Source of the DNA: Eledone cirrhosa
Lineage: Eukaryota
Reading direction: 5' to 3'
Assembly (NCBI GenBank): GCA_964016885.1
Contig: OZ024744.1
Location: 104,594,001 to 104,658,000, forward strand
DNA length: 64,000 nt
Of this stretch, positions 25,049 to 39,743 are shown piece by piece. A program made the translations under genes and the position numbers. Positions within the stretch are counted from its first letter, which is position 1; each line of letters starts with the position of its first letter. The notes under the pieces were generated by a model that had not been told where the DNA came from, did no database searches, and saw only the letters and a program-made list of their open reading frames with translations.

Positions 25049-26129
25049 ATAGAGGTTGTGAGATACTTGACAGGGACAGGAGGTAATCTCTACTTAGTTT
25101 ACCGACCACTTTATGAGGGTAGTGAGGAAGTGTCTCGTCCACAGCAATCTAAGGAAACCTCCCCCATTCCATGTAGTCTCTGGACTCTCACCATATTTAT
25201 TTTCAGACAGGTATTAGTAGCCAGGTATTTTCAAGTACGGCAAATCACCAGTCAACTCAATCCCGTGTCATCTCTCTGGTGAGGTTTACTCCTAAAATAC
25301 TGCATTTACATAATCAACACATTACACTGACACTTTATAAACCATGAAAGCCCATAAGCCAACAGTGGAGTTCCTATATGGTTACTCAACATGCTAGAAA
25401 TAGCAGCCAAATCTCAAATCCCACCTTATTGCCTTTAAAATGGAAGGTCAAGGCTGTAATGCCTTTCATCCTTGATCTGCTCACTCAGGGTTAATGTGGG
25501 ACCAAACACTAAATACTAAATCCAGTAAAAAGTATATGTTATTACATACTGTCATGAAATTGACCATATCCATAAAATACTGAAATGAAAAACAGCCAAG
25601 GCTGGTTAACAGAAGTGGACCAAACACTTCCCAAATCATTCTTTAACTCTGAAAATAAACAAAGCTGCATGAAATGAAATGTTTAAGTAGCCACATTACA
25701 TTCCACCATATATAATAAAAGGTAGCAAGTACTTTTTATTCACAGTTGTATAAATAACATTACAAATATTGATGGAAATATGAAAAACAAAAGATAAAAA
25801 CAAAACCAAGCAAAGGACAGAATGGGGAAGGGGGTAAAGAAGGGAAGATCCGGCTGTATAGGTAAGTAGAGAAAAGGGCTATAAATGCCATAAATGAGAG
25901 GAAAAGGCAAGGACTTTTAGGCCACTGAAGAAAGAAGCCATAGTTGAATTATTTGAGCAGTTTATAGGAGCTAAAATGAGAGTTATTTTTTACAATAAGG
26001 TTATCTAACTTAATATCGTAACAAACATAAACAATTGTAAATGATAGAGAGGATATTTTATTTAAAGAACTTTCATTTCATTTATAATGTATTTACATTT
26101 TCATTCTAAAATTTGTATTTCATGTGGTA

Positions 26130-27185
26130 CGTGGAACTTCTAGTGAAGGAATTAACAACTGGCAAGGTACAAAACTCAGAACTGCTACTCTCAATGTTGG
26201 CAACCTGAAAGGTAGATCAGGTCAAATTGCGGATTTTCTAGAGAGGAGAGAAGTGGACATTTGCTGCGTTCAAGAGGTGATATAGAGGAGTGTCTTAACA
26301 AGACTACTAACTGGCAAACAGTTTAGATATATACTTTACTGGGTAAGAAATGACAATGGGGTAGGAGGTGTAGGTATCTTACTAGGTGAGAAATAGATAG
26401 AGTGATAGAAGTAGTTAGAGTAAATGACAGAATCATCAAGCTTAGAATATCTGTAGGAAATAGAATGGTGACAATTACATCTACCTATGCCCCACAGGTA
26501 GGACTGAGTAAAGAACAAAAGGACAGGTTGTATGAGGAACTTTTATAGACAACCTCAGTTACTGATGAAAGAGACCTCATCATCCTGGCAGGTGACTTCA
26601 ATGGACATGTGGGGCAGTACCAGGACGGATTCAATGGAGGTCACGGTGGCTATGGTTATGGCTCAAGAAAGGAAGAGGGATAGCAGCTTCTGGAAGTCTG
26701 TGATGCAAATGAACACACTTTTTGCAACACAAATTTCAGGAAACCAGCCAGCCACCTGATTTCATATCAATCAGGTGAACAGAGAATTAATTATTTACTT
26801 ATAAGGAAAACATGTAAACAGAGGGTTTGCAAGCTAAAGGACCTTTCAGATAGATATAGGTTTAGATAGGCCCTATGGGATGCATTTGATGAGAGGGATG
26901 ACCAGCTAGATACATATAATGAAGAGGACAACTGGAAATTCTTACATGACAACTTTTTGCTAACTACTGATAAGACTTATGGCTGGAGTAAAGCACCAGA
27001 CAGCCAGAGGGTGACACCTGGTGGTGGAACAGCACAGTAGATAGAACCATTAAAGCCAAGAGACAGGTATGGAAAGACTGGAAAAATGGGAGTAGCAGAG
27101 GCCAGTACCAGGTAGCTAAGAGAGAAGCTAGGTGACAGGTATACACAGCTTGGAGAGAGGCTAAAAAAAGAAAGTTTGCCAAACT
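26130..27185 (+). mobile_element. RTE LINE 5' part, AP-endonuclease remnant
   Basis: TLNVGNLKGRSG...DICCVQEV, YAPQVG and AGDFNGHVG motifs, with stops and frameshifts. Confidence 0.85.
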
Positions 27186-29239
27186 AACTCTGGAGGGATT
27201 TGAACATAAATAGATGTGACTATATACTGCAAAGCATGATGTCTAATACTCTACCGATATTGCCAATCCAACACCCTGTAGATGAAAACAATAATGCAAT
27301 GTAGTGTAGATGAAAACAATAATGAAATGTAGTGTAGATGAAAACAATAATGAAATGTAGTGTAGATGAAAACAAAAAAATCCTCATCTTTAAATATGAG
27401 GTTAATTGTGTGTAAAAGTATGATCTCATAAATTGTTAACAATTTAGCAGACAATATCTAAAAACAGCTTTGTTTATCTAAATGTTTATAGTATCTATGA
27501 TAATGGACACATTAGCAGTAGAGGGTTAAAGATTTCAATATTTAATGTAATGTAGTCATGGTTTTGTACTTGTCACCATTGTCTTGCTAATGTAGTTTCA
27601 TGTGGTTTGTTAATTCAAATGTTTATATTATCTTTAAGACTGGACACATTGTTGTGAAAATTTGCCTGTATTAGATATAGAAAATATAGTCAACACAAAG
27701 CAGATAACTATAACAGTAAAAGACCTCTGCAGACAGAAAAAAGGGGACAATGACGTTTTTTTGTTGAGAAAAAATATCCTCTGCAGTTAAGGTTCATAAC
27801 AAAAGATTAATGAATTTAACTTCTTTTTCCATCCTCCTCTTGCTCATCACAATCATCACCACCATCATTATTAACATCTTCTATGTTTTACCTGTTAGGA
27901 AGGGCTGGACTTATATAATAAACACTGAACTGTGAAATATATCATCCAACAAATAATATTTCTTGTCCCATAAAAGGGTGATATCCACAGCTAATGAGTC
28001 TTAAGCTCAACATTCCATCCATCCCTAATCAATGGATCAATTAATATTGAGTATAGTTTAACTTAAGGAGTTTAGTATGTGACAGTAAAGAGTATCCATT
28101 TCCAGAGATTTATCTATGATTTTTTTTTATAAATAGTTGCAGACTCAAAAAATTTAGTTTTAAGAGCTAATGCAATGCTAGGAATGTTTGTAAACACACA
28201 CACACAAGATACAACCAGACATGAATCATTTAAGATGTCATCATTAATCACATCCCCATTGTCATACAGCATATATATACCTATATTTATAAATCCCAGC
28301 TGTGAGGCACAATATCACAAGATCTGATCACACCACTTCCCCCACCCATCCTCTTCTATCAATGATCCCAGTGAGAACACGAAACAAATTTTCTAACCCT
28401 TTACACTTTCCCCCAGACCAATGCAGCCATCTCTCCAGGACACTTTGGGTGATACACAAACTATTGTTTCACTCTATTTGTGCTCTGCCTTAGCTACAGG
28501 TAAATATTACATATCCAATGAACCATGCATGCCTCATTTCTTTCAATCATCTACAGATATTCACATTCAATTCTCACTACCATATAGCACCACACTTCTG
28601 TTCCATGCTATATATTCAGCCTCTGTTTTGTTAATAATAGTGATATATTTCTTTATTAGCCACAGGGGCACAAAAGAAGGGGACAAATACAAAGGGGGAA
28701 GTTTACATACAATAAAAACGTGTAAAATGTTATCACAGATGGAATTTAAAAGTTAGTCGATTTTCCCCAATAGAGGGAGACAGTTTATATGGTTAACACA
28801 GACCCCCAATAATAGTGATAGTTATCTAAACTATCTTTTCTAATTCTATGATATTGTTGTTGTACGTTAGAGCCATATCCATCACTAATTAAATTACCTA
28901 GGTAACGGAAAATACCAAATATGTCTAGTGAGCCATTTAAGCAGTTCCTTGACTTAATTTTAAGGGGGTTCTTACTACCAATCATCCATTTATCACATTA
29001 AAGTCATCATTTTCTAACAAAATTCCAGAGAATCCACTTTATCTGTTATGCAGCCATTGCTTTTACTTTCTATTTACTAAACAGAGACTTTCATGCCATG
29101 TTACTTCCCAGGAATTATAACTATTTTCCCAGAATTAAAACAGTTGCTCTATCTACTTAGCTACACAATAAAAACCAGGTTATCATCATACACATTTTTT
29201 CAATAACATTCTGCCCTGAACTCTTGCATTATCCACTCA

Positions 29240-29470
29240 ATAGAATGGGAAAACACCAGAGGGCAAATAAAGAGAGGAAGAGATTACAAAGAAAAGCCAG
29301 AGCTTTCTGTCCCCTGAACCCTCCTAACCTACCATGTGGTTGCTGTGGACATCTCTTCAGATCCAACATAGAACTAATTTCGCACAGAATCAAAATCAAT
29401 GAGAACCCCAATACTTGGCAACAAGTTCCACCAATGACAAGAATGGAGCCAAGGACAGAGACCTAGTGCA
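29240..29470 (+). mobile_element. RTE-BovB-like LINE C-terminal zinc-finger fragment
   Basis: KRLQRKAR...CGCCGHLFRSNIELISHR. Confidence 0.65.
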
Positions 29471-29974
29471 GCATCACTATTTAATGTCCACTTTCCCTGC
29501 TAGCAAGGGTTGGACATGTCTTCACAGACCAAGTCAGAATGGAAATAGGGATATTGACCTTCCATGCAGGTCGGGGCGTCAGTACCTATAATTTGAACAC
29601 TCGCCATACTCCTGTATGGTGAGTACTCTATAATATTATGCGCAGGGCATATTTTAAGGACATTTTAGAACTGCACAAATCTTTGAAGATGTCATGACCA
29701 AGTGTTTGCTATTCCTCTAAGTCTGTGAAGAATTTGTAATGGCTATTGTTAACATTTTAGCTCCCAAAAGGCATACATTTCACAGATTTGTTGAAAACAT
29801 AAACAGCAAGATGAAAAGGATATGAAATAAATAGCTTTGAAAAATACATATTATATCAAGGGAGACTATAACAAGATGCATATTATTATTTCAATGGCAA
29901 CATCTGTGGTAGCATCAACATCTATCACACTTTTTAAATATAGTAACTCATAGCACATAAATAAGGAAAAGAAG

Positions 29975-30745
29975 GAAGCTGATCATCAGACCAAACCAAA
30001 GAAACAATGTTTCCATTGCTGATACTATCTGTTAGTCACAATTCCTGGCAGTAGCAAGGAGCTGATTATCAGATCAGACCAAAGAAACAATGTTTCTATT
30101 GGTCTTTCCATTGCTGATACTATCTGTTAGTCACAATTCCTGGCAGTAGCAAGGAGCTGATTATCAGATCAGACCAAAGAAACAATGTTTCTATTGGTCT
30201 TTCCATTACTGATACTATCTGTCAGTCACAACTCCTGGCAGAAGAAAGGAGCTGATCATCAGATCAGACCAAAGAAACAATGTTTACATTGGTCTTTCCA
30301 TTGCTGATACTATCTGTCAGGTACAACTCCTGGCAGTAGAATGGAGCTGATAATCAGATCAGACCAAAGAAACAATGTTTCTATTGGTTTTTCCATTGCT
30401 GATACTATCTGCAGTAGAAAGGAGCTGATCTTTAGATCAGACCAAAGAAACAATGTTTCCATTAGTCTTTCCATTACTGATACTATCTGTCAGTCACAAC
30501 TCCTGGCAGTAGAAAGGAGCTGATCATCAGATCAGACCAAAGAAATAATGTTTCTATTGCTGATACTATCTGCTGTCAGTTTCAACTTCTAGCAGTAGAA
30601 AGGTGTTGATCAACAGATCAGACCAAGGAAACGATGTTTCCATTGGTCTTTCCATTACTGATACTATCTGTCAGTCACAACTCCTGGCAGTAAAAAGGAA
30701 CTGATCATCAGATCAGACGAAAGAAACAATGTTTCTATTGGTCTT
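29975..30745. repeat. 95-bp tandem repeat (about 8 units)
   Basis: gctgat recurs at 30061, 30156, 30251, 30346. Confidence 0.92.
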
Positions 30746-32409
30746 TTTTGAAACCTAAAACAAGCATTTATGAAATTATATTGATAACATGCTAGAAGAA
30801 ACTAGAGTGGATAGTGTAGGAGAGCTCAGTATGCTGATGGTAGATAGAGAGCTCTAGAGAACACATGTAAAAACAGGAAACCTGGCGGCAGTTGTAGATA
30901 GATAAGTTATATGTGATCACATCCTAGTGCTTGTACAGCTAAGCAAAGGTTTACGCACACGCACACTTTTATATCATAGATATCTTATAATTTTGGGTTT
31001 ATTTAACTGAAAGATGTTTTTGTATTACTTTATGACTTGAAATATGTATTTTATTTACATAAATTATCAAAAGATTAACAATTTGCAGTAAGAAAATAAT
31101 CAGAGAAAATAAAATAAAATGGAGAAGACATGAATATCAGTGTTGTGCTACAAGGGCGCGCTAGCGTTTCCCTGTAATAATGTTGGAGGCAAGCCAACAC
31201 ACAGTATTGCTGTAGGTGATATGCTTTTATGGTAAACAACCAACAGTGACAAGAGCCTCACTGTCGGTGGCTCAGCTCCCCGAGATGTCACAAACATCAC
31301 AGTTTGTAAAAATAGCTTGACAATAGCTTCTGATATTTTAGAATTTTATTCTGTTTGGCTGTGGATATAGTGACACTCACCTATACCACAATATCCAGCA
31401 TGTGGGAAGGAACAAACGGGTCACTGAGGTGTCCCAAATGAGACATCTACCTCTTACCCTGAGACAAACGGTAAAATTGTCTGTTCTCTTCCCATCAACC
31501 CAGGACAATGAGGGGATATTGACTGCTTAAAGAGTTGAAAACAAAGCAATGGAAACAAATGTTTTAGGTGGGAGGGGGAGTTGATTATATTGACTGGTAC
31601 TTTATTTTATTGACCCCGAAAGGATGAAAGACAAAGCTGATTTTGTTCAATGCTCTACTGATACTGCCAACCCACTACCCTAATAAATGTAAATATTATA
31701 ATTATAATATTGCTGATGAAGAATTTATCACGGGACTTGATTGATATAACTAAAGAGAAATTAAGGTAAAAGCACACTATTTTTTTAACTTGGGTTGCTT
31801 TCCAATACTTTTGGGATTACTTAAACCTACTTTATTTTGTTTTAAAATTTATATTAATGATTTTGGGGGTACCAATCAATAAAATTTATAGACAAATTAA
31901 GATTGTAAGGGTGTAAATTGAGGAATATTTGATTCCTATTTCTAGGATGTTGAGCGACCACTTAAAGGTTCCCTGCTATAATAAAGTGAACCAAAACTTG
32001 TTGGCAACATAGGTCTTGGTGATTCTCAAGTATAAGGTACCCCTTTCTATTTGACAAAAAGAAAAGGATACCTTATACTTAAGAATACCCAAAGGCAGAT
32101 CAAGCTAAGTATTTAAAAAAAATTAAATCTTGATTATTCCAAAACATAAAATAAGCAAGAAATCAAAATACAAAAAAAAGTTTTAAAATATCTCATCTAC
32201 AGGATAACAAAAATAAAGAATGTGCAATGTTGGATACGAGCTGATGAAATTGATTTAACAGAGCAGCTTTCTTCATGTAATCACTGTAAATTTGTAACAA
32301 ACTATCAAATGTAACAAAATAAGAACTAGTGTTTGTAGCATTTGTTGTTTATGTTACTAGTGTTTGTAGCATAGATCATTAAGGGGAACCTATTAACAAA
32401 GAAATTCCT

Positions 32410-33215
32410 TCACCATAAACTGTTGTGAACAAATATTTGGCACTTATAAACATAGTTACTGCTGGCACCATGATAAAATGCACCCAGTACACTCTGTAAA
32501 CTGTTGTGAACCAAATATTTGGCACTTATAAACATAGATACTGCTGGGATCATGATAAAATGCACCCAGTACACTCTGTAAACTACAGTGAACCAAATAT
32601 TTGGCACTTATAAACATAGTTACTGCTGGTACCATGATAAAATGCACCCAGTACACTCTGTAAACTACAGTGAACCAAATATTTGACACCTATAAACATA
32701 GTTTCTGCTGGTACCATGATAAAATGCACCCAGTACACTCTGTAAACTACAGTGAACCAAATATTTGACACCTATAAATATAGTTTCTGCTGGTACCATA
32801 ATAAAATGCACCCAGTACACTCTGTAAACTACAGTGAACCAAATATTTGGCACTTATACTGCTGGTACCATGATAAAAGTTGCTGAAGCATGGAACAAAC
32901 TACCTGCATCAGTTATTAGCTGTTGAGACACTGCATCCTTTAAAACCTTCATGCTTTCTGAGATTCGCCAACATCATCATCATCATCATCACCACTACAC
33001 CTGATATACCCCCTCCATACACACATGTATATCATGACTCATACACTATCCACTTCCCTGACATTTGTATATTATTCTATGTACTATACATGCACCTTTG
33101 ATGAGTTGTAGTGCACTTAAGCACTGTACAAAATACATTTCATTATTATTATTAAAATGCACCTTGTACACTCTGTAAACTACAGTGAACCAAATATTTG
33201 GCATGTATAAATATT
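32410..33215. repeat. 82-bp minisatellite containing the RTE 3'-UTR module, interrupted by a CR1 fragment
   Basis: Unit includes aaaatgcacccagtacactctgtaaac; the array resumes at about 33153. Confidence 0.9.
32879..33152 (+). mobile_element. 5'-truncated CR1-like LINE 3' end
   Basis: VAEAWNKLPASVISC*DTASFKT followed by a 3' UTR and (att)n tail. Confidence 0.75.
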
Positions 33216-33255
33216 GTTGCTGCTCTATATTTATTGAAAGAACAAATTGAAGTCA

Positions 33256-33257
<2 letters not shown>

Positions 33258-33293
<36 letters not shown>

Positions 33294-33306
33294 TGTGTGT
33301 TTGTGT

Positions 33307-33390
<84 letters not shown>

Positions 33391-33412
33391 GCGTGCGTGT
33401 ATGTGTGTGTGC
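33258..33412. repeat. (GT)n microsatellite
   Basis: Directly visible. Confidence 0.97.
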
Positions 33413-34071
33413 GCACAAACGCGCGTGTGTATTTATAAAGGTTATCAGTGGTTAAAATTCCATCTCATTTGAATGATAGGCTTGTCAATCACCTGCAGAT
33501 ATTCAGTTAATTATTTGAGTTGAAGAACACATACCAGTCTGCCATCAGATATTGAATGATATAATTACCAAGTGTATTTATTTCAATTTATAGAAAGTCT
33601 AGCAATGCTTTAAGTGGTCTAACATTTCAATTCATTTTTCTTAATGTTTAAAGATGTGTTTCCAAGTTTGGTTTTTTGATTTCTATTTTAGCAATCGGTT
33701 TTATTTGCCATGTCTTTTAATAAAATTTTAGAAAATCAAGAAAAACAAGTGAAAACAAAATTTAATTATGATTGAACTATTTCGAGAAAAGAATATATAA
33801 AATTTCAATTAAATATTTTATAGAATAATACAAGCCAATTGTATGTTAGATAGTATTTATTGCTGAACATTTCTGAATTTTTAAAAAGAAATACTCATTT
33901 TAAATAATTAAGAAAATATATTGATGTTTTCAAAGAAAGAAAAATTACATATATATGACTATTCTTTAAGTATTCAAGAAATATAAGAAAAAATGTTGCA
34001 GGTTAATTTCTGTAAAATGTTTGGCAAATATTTTAAAAACTCATTTATAAAAGTGTGTGTATGTGTGTTTA

Positions 34072-34109
<38 letters not shown>

Positions 34110-34934
34110 CATTAATAAATTCCTTACCAGTAACTAAAGCAAAATGCTATAAAGAGCTCAAACTTCATAGTTTGAGTATCATGTTTAGATGTTTAGATAT
34201 ATGTATGGTATAGATGTGTATGTTTAGATATATGTATGGTATAGATGTGTATGTTTAGATGTGTATGTATTTGTATGTATATGTATGTATAGATGAGTAT
34301 GTATTTGTATATATGTATGTATAATATAAACTATAAGTATGCCCATTCCCAACAAATTATTAGTAACCACAATAAATCCTTTCAATGAAATATTTATTCA
34401 TAATCAATTGATTCATTAAAAAATTTAGCTGTGGTCAAAGAAGTTGTGCTCAATAAAAGAAAGAAAGGCTGCTCTCTGAGAAATGCTCAGCCAATTTCAA
34501 TACTGAATTGAAGCAGTCAACCAATTTACAACAGTATAGGATTAGACAGCTATGTTAGATCTTTACATACAATCACAAATATAGCTAGCTATACATCGGT
34601 TCAATGGTCTAAAACTGTAAATCAATTCATTTAATTGATGATGAATAAAAACATTGTTATAACTAAAAGAAAGTTTAATAGATTAAAAAAATTAAAATAA
34701 ACTTTTAAAATTTATACCATACCAGTATTATTTAGGGGGAGGAGAGAGGGAGGTAAACAAACAGAAGGGAGAGAAAATGATTGTGAAGAGATAAAAAAAG
34801 TTTAACAAATATTTTTTAAAAATTAACAAAATTAACTGGAAAAATACGTTCCAATTAACTTTTGTTGTTTTTATATAAAAACATAAGCTCAATGGACAGC
34901 TTCAATTGTTACATCAATTAATGGTAGGTCTCGT

Positions 34935-34971
34935 TTAAAATTGAACCCAATTACTGGCAGAACTGTGTGAA
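34935..34971 (-). CDS. NECAP: NECAP last coding exon, (S)SHSSASNWVQF*
   Basis: Acceptor atttttcag at 34972-34980. Its phase-2 start matches the upstream donor. It ends in WVQF-stop, the NECAP WXXF-acidic AP-2 alpha-ear-binding motif. Confidence 0.9.
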
Positions 34972-35055
34972 CTGAAAAATATAAATGGAATATATTTCAT
35001 TATTTAGAGTGCCAAATATGTACAATATACATGGAATATCTATAATTATTTAAAC

Positions 35056-35396
35056 CAGGGATTCTCAACCTCTTTTTGCTTCCTTGGCCACTTCCACAGG
35101 GAAATATTTTCCACTACCCACCTGTATAGTAAATATTCAAAAGTATACCAAAAATATTTGGTAAAAGTTTGTTACTGGTTTATTATTCCCATTTAGCCTC
35201 TTGTTTTGTGTTTTTTTATACAGGTTCTCTACATATCTCCTTTGAATTTATTTTTTGGGGGATAATGTATGTTGAAATACCTTCTTAATACACAAAATCC
35301 TATATCGTCCTCCAAAATTTCCAATTGCTCACCATTTTCTGTTCAGCTGCTTGTCGTCCACCCAAAAGTTGAAATCGCCCAGGTTAGGAAACCCTG
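35056..35396. mobile_element. hAT-like MITE in the last NECAP intron
   Basis: TIRs cagggattctcaacc / ggttaggaaaccctg. Imperfect 8-bp TSD atttaaac/atttatag. Confidence 0.7.
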
Positions 35397-35589
35397 ATTT
35401 ATAGTGTCAAATATGTACAATTTTTCTAATGATTAATTTATCTGGAATAAGTAAAATGTATACTATTTACTCCAGCCACGCTTGCTCCCCTTTAGTAGGT
35501 AACATCTTCACTCGCTACACCTAGCTAAATCTGATCATTGTGGGCCCCAACTCGGGTAAATATCCCCTCAATTCTGAAGCTGGCTGGAT

Positions 35590-35920
35590 TGCCCAGAGTT
35601 GGTAGGAAGAGACCAGATGGTTTACTCTTTGTCCCTGGAAAAGAGATAGATGGTCACACCTAGGATGCCACAGTCAGTGATTCTTTTGCTCCCTGGATAT
35701 TGCAGTAGATGTGAGGGCCACTGCTTCCATAGCGAAACAGAATAAAATTCTAAAATACCAGGACTTATTGGTAAACTTTTTTTTTCCTTTCGAGACATTC
35801 GGAGGAGCTGGGCTGCTGACAATAAAGTTCTTGTCATCATTAGCGGCTCATCAATGAGGTTGCTTGGTTGTTCCAGTGTCTTAGCCTTGCCATCACCCGT
35901 GGTAATGCTGCCAGTCTGTT
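35590..35920 (+). mobile_element. CRE-clade non-LTR retrotransposon restriction-like endonuclease remnant
   Basis: KRPDG...VP...DATVSDSFAP...WLFQCLSLAITRGNAAS. Confidence 0.65.
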
Positions 35921-36086
35921 GGCTTGCCTCAAAAAGTTATTAGAGGGAAGATTCAGTGCCTCTTGTGGTGTGTGACCAATTGACACTGTGTTAAATAGAT
36001 TTTTTTTTTGCTTATATTTTTGAGTATTATATTTTTAAGGTTCCATAAATTCTATTTTTATGTGAAACATCATACTTATAATATGT

Positions 36087-39000
36087 ACTAGCTGCAGTAC
36101 CCGGTAATACCCAGGAAAGGTGGGGTTATTCCTAGTTCCCAGAGTGCACCTGAAAATGCCCATACTGGATTTTCAATAGCAACCTTTGCTAGGTATGTTT
36201 ATGGCAGATCAATTTTTTGTGTTGAACTATCAATAGTTGTTTAAGTCACAAGTCCTTCTTCCATCCAGCTTTCTTCATTCAGAGTGAATAAGTTAGGGAA
36301 GTTTGAGCTCAAAGAGTATCAAACTTAATCAACAAACTTATGTATAAGAATAGCAAACTTACTGCCTTAGCACTCAAGAACAAACACAGAACAATTGAGG
36401 AAGTCATCGCAATTATTAAAGAAATTATAACCGAGTGAACATATTCAGGTACTGTTCTAGCACCCTGTATATCACCGTTTGTAAAGCCCTTCGAATGACT
36501 GAAGCAATTCAATAAAACCATCCCATTTTCCCCTATAGTAGACATAACCCGAGAAAACACACCATAATAAGTCGAATAAACAATCAGAAGTGTTGGCCCT
36601 AAAGAGGGCCTTGTAACATTCACTGTTGCAAAGTGTCAATAATGGCGGAGAAGTTACATCTGCTTAATTCGTGGTAAGGTTAACACGATCCAACACCTCG
36701 AAATATCGACAAAATAAACTCTACTATCAAAGACAGCATGTCGGGAGTAAGAATATTCGTCAACATACAATTTAGGTTTTATTCTTTGGACTAATCTCAT
36801 GGTAAGCCAACTTCCAGGTCATTGATCATCTCACTTTGTTGTAACTTATCACTGATTCCTGCAGTTGACCTTAATGTCATCTATGCGTGTGCATGTGTTC
36901 AGAATTCACATCAGTGGATGTGATATATTTATCATCATCATCGTTTAATGTCTATCATCCACGCTAGCATGGGTTAGGCGGGAATTGTCCCACTTGAGGC
37001 AAGATTGGTTGGGTGACCGTGTCTCGCTCGTATAGGACTATCTGGCAGGTTTTCTACAGCTGGATGCCCTTCCTAACACAAGCCACATTTACAGTGTGGG
37101 ACTGGGAGGTTTTTTACAGCGTGGACTGTGTGTTTTTTTGTTGTGACACTTACACGACCTCATTAGTTTGGACTGGATGTTGTGGTACCAACATAACTTT
37201 ATAGAGAAAGGGTAGTGTTGGTGGGAGTGGAAGGATGGAGTAGGGGCAGTGGGTTGGGGTGTGTATTTGGTTTGGAGGGGCCTCTGACTGTAGGTTAACT
37301 TTGCACGTAGGGAAGGCAGGTCTTCTGTATTATTGTGTGGCGCCAAAGATCCCGATCCAGTAACATTGTCTTAGAAAGGTGTAAGTGTGCAAGGTCGGAA
37401 TTTATCATGTCATCCCAGGTTTTTCTGGGTCTACCTACTCCGTAATTTCCATCAATTTTGATCGCCTTACACTTTTTTATACAGCTGTCGTCTTTCATGC
37501 GCATCACATGGCCATACCAACGTAGTCTTCTCTTGAGTAAACAGCATCTGATCCCTCTTATTCCTAATTTCTCACTTAGTTTATTTATGCTTTGCCGTTC
37601 ACGTATATTACTATTACACATCCAATGGAACATACATGCTTCGTTCCTTTCCAGTCTGCGCAGGTCCTCTGCACACAATGCCCATGTCTCAGTGCCATGT
37701 AACATTGCTGTTCGTATACAGGCATCATACAATCTGCCTTTCATTTTCAGAGAGAAACCTTTTGTGGCCAACAGAGGTATTAGCTCTCTGAACTTTTTCC
37801 ATCCCGTTCTGACTCTAGCTACTGTACTTTCAGAGCACCCTCCACCACTGCTGATTTTGTCACCCAGGTAACGGAAAGTGTCCACTATCTCTATGGAACC
37901 ATCTGGGCAGTAGAAGGAGCTAGTTTCCTGTGGGCACTTGATACTTATTGCACCTGAACATCGGCCACATATAAAATCTATGTTCTTAGATAGCTTGCCT
38001 GTGATCCCACTACATCTTTTATTACCCATAGTTAGCATTTGGGGTATAGAATGGAATTTCTACCTACTCCTTTCCTACTCACTGAGCATGGCCATTTTCC
38101 AGAGGGCACCTGTGCTCTATTTTCATCTCTACATACCAGAACTTTAGTCTTAGACAAGTTAATTTTAAGGCCTTTTGATTCTAGGCCATGCTTCCATGTT
38201 TGGAATTTCTTCTCTAGTTCAGCCATAGATTCAGATATGAGAGTTAGATCATCTGCATATAGAAGTTCCCATGGGCAGCCAGTCTTAAACTCCTCTGTTA
38301 TAGCCTGTAGGACAATAATAAACAGGAGGGGGATAAGGACGGAGTCTTGATGAACACCTACTTTTACACTAAATTCTTCACTATATTCCATTGTTAATTC
38401 TAACCTTGCTGACTGTTTCTTTATACGTGGCTTGTATAGCTCTCAAAAGCCATTCATCTACTCCTAGTTTTCTAAGGGCCCACCAGATAATGGAGTGCAG
38501 GACTCTGTCAAAGGCTTTCTCCAAGTCAACAAAAGCTAAGTAGAGGGGTTTTAGCTAGGTACTTCTCCTGTAATTGTCATACAAGGAAAAGAGCATCTGT
38601 AGTACTTTTACCTGATACAAACCCAAACTGCATTTCATCTAGATCAATTCGATCTCTGATTAGTTGTGCTATAACTATTTCTGTGACTTTCATGACCTGG
38701 TCAACTAACTTAATGCCTCTATAGTTACCCCTATCTAGAGCATCTCCTTTATACTTGTAGCAGTTAACAATGATGCTGCTATGCCAGTCCTTTGGTATGA
38801 CCCCATTCTGTATCACTTGGTTTACTATCTGAGTGAGCATTGTATGTCCTATCATTCCAGATGTTTTCAACATCTCAGAAGGCCCAGCTGCCTTGCCTGT
38901 CTTCATATCTTTGATTGCCTTACTTATTATACTACCTTTAACTTGCACCGCTGGTCCCACTATTGGATCGATTTGGGGCAGACTATCTTTTTCACATTTA

Positions 39001-39689
39001 TTCTCCTCATTTAATAGTCTCTCGAAGTGACACTGCCAAGCTACCTTCTTATCAGTATCAGTGAGGGCAAGTATGCCATCATCGTTAAGTACACACTTCT
39101 CCCCGACAATATCACGGTTTTCCTTGACACATTGTCTTGCGATCCTGAACACCTCACGTTTTTGGTCTTCGCATTGTAGAATGTGCTTGAACTTTCTATC
39201 CTCTGCTTCCCTTCTTGCAAAGTACACTTGTCTCCTAGCTTCTCGCCTGGCCACTTGATAGTGTTCTCTATTTCCCTCATCAGGCCATTCTTTCCAAGCC
39301 TGCTTTTTTACCTTAATTGTCTCCTCCACCTTACTGTTCCACCACCAAGTTACTCTCCCCCTGCCAATAGGTCTGCTCCAGCCACAGATTTCATCCGTTG
39401 CTTTCAGCAGGTTCACTTTCAAGAATTGCCACTGTTCCTCTATATTGCACGTCTCTAATTGCTCTTCCTTACTGTCAAAAGCATCAAGTAATAAGCTTTT
39501 AAATTTGTTACTGACTGTGGGGTCCTTCAACTTCCATATTCTTCTCCTCAAAGTTGTCCTCCTCTGTTGTCGAGTATGTCTAGTCCCGACTATAAGGTCA
39601 CTAACTATTAGGCTATGTTGGGAGGTGCATTCTTCACGGGGGGAGAGACTTAGTGTTTACAACAGACACTCTGTCACATCTTCTAGTAA

Positions 39690-39743
<54 letters not shown>

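Noticed and set aside
31716-31770. ctgatga...gaaa as another hammerhead
   Set aside because: No convincing helix I or helix III.
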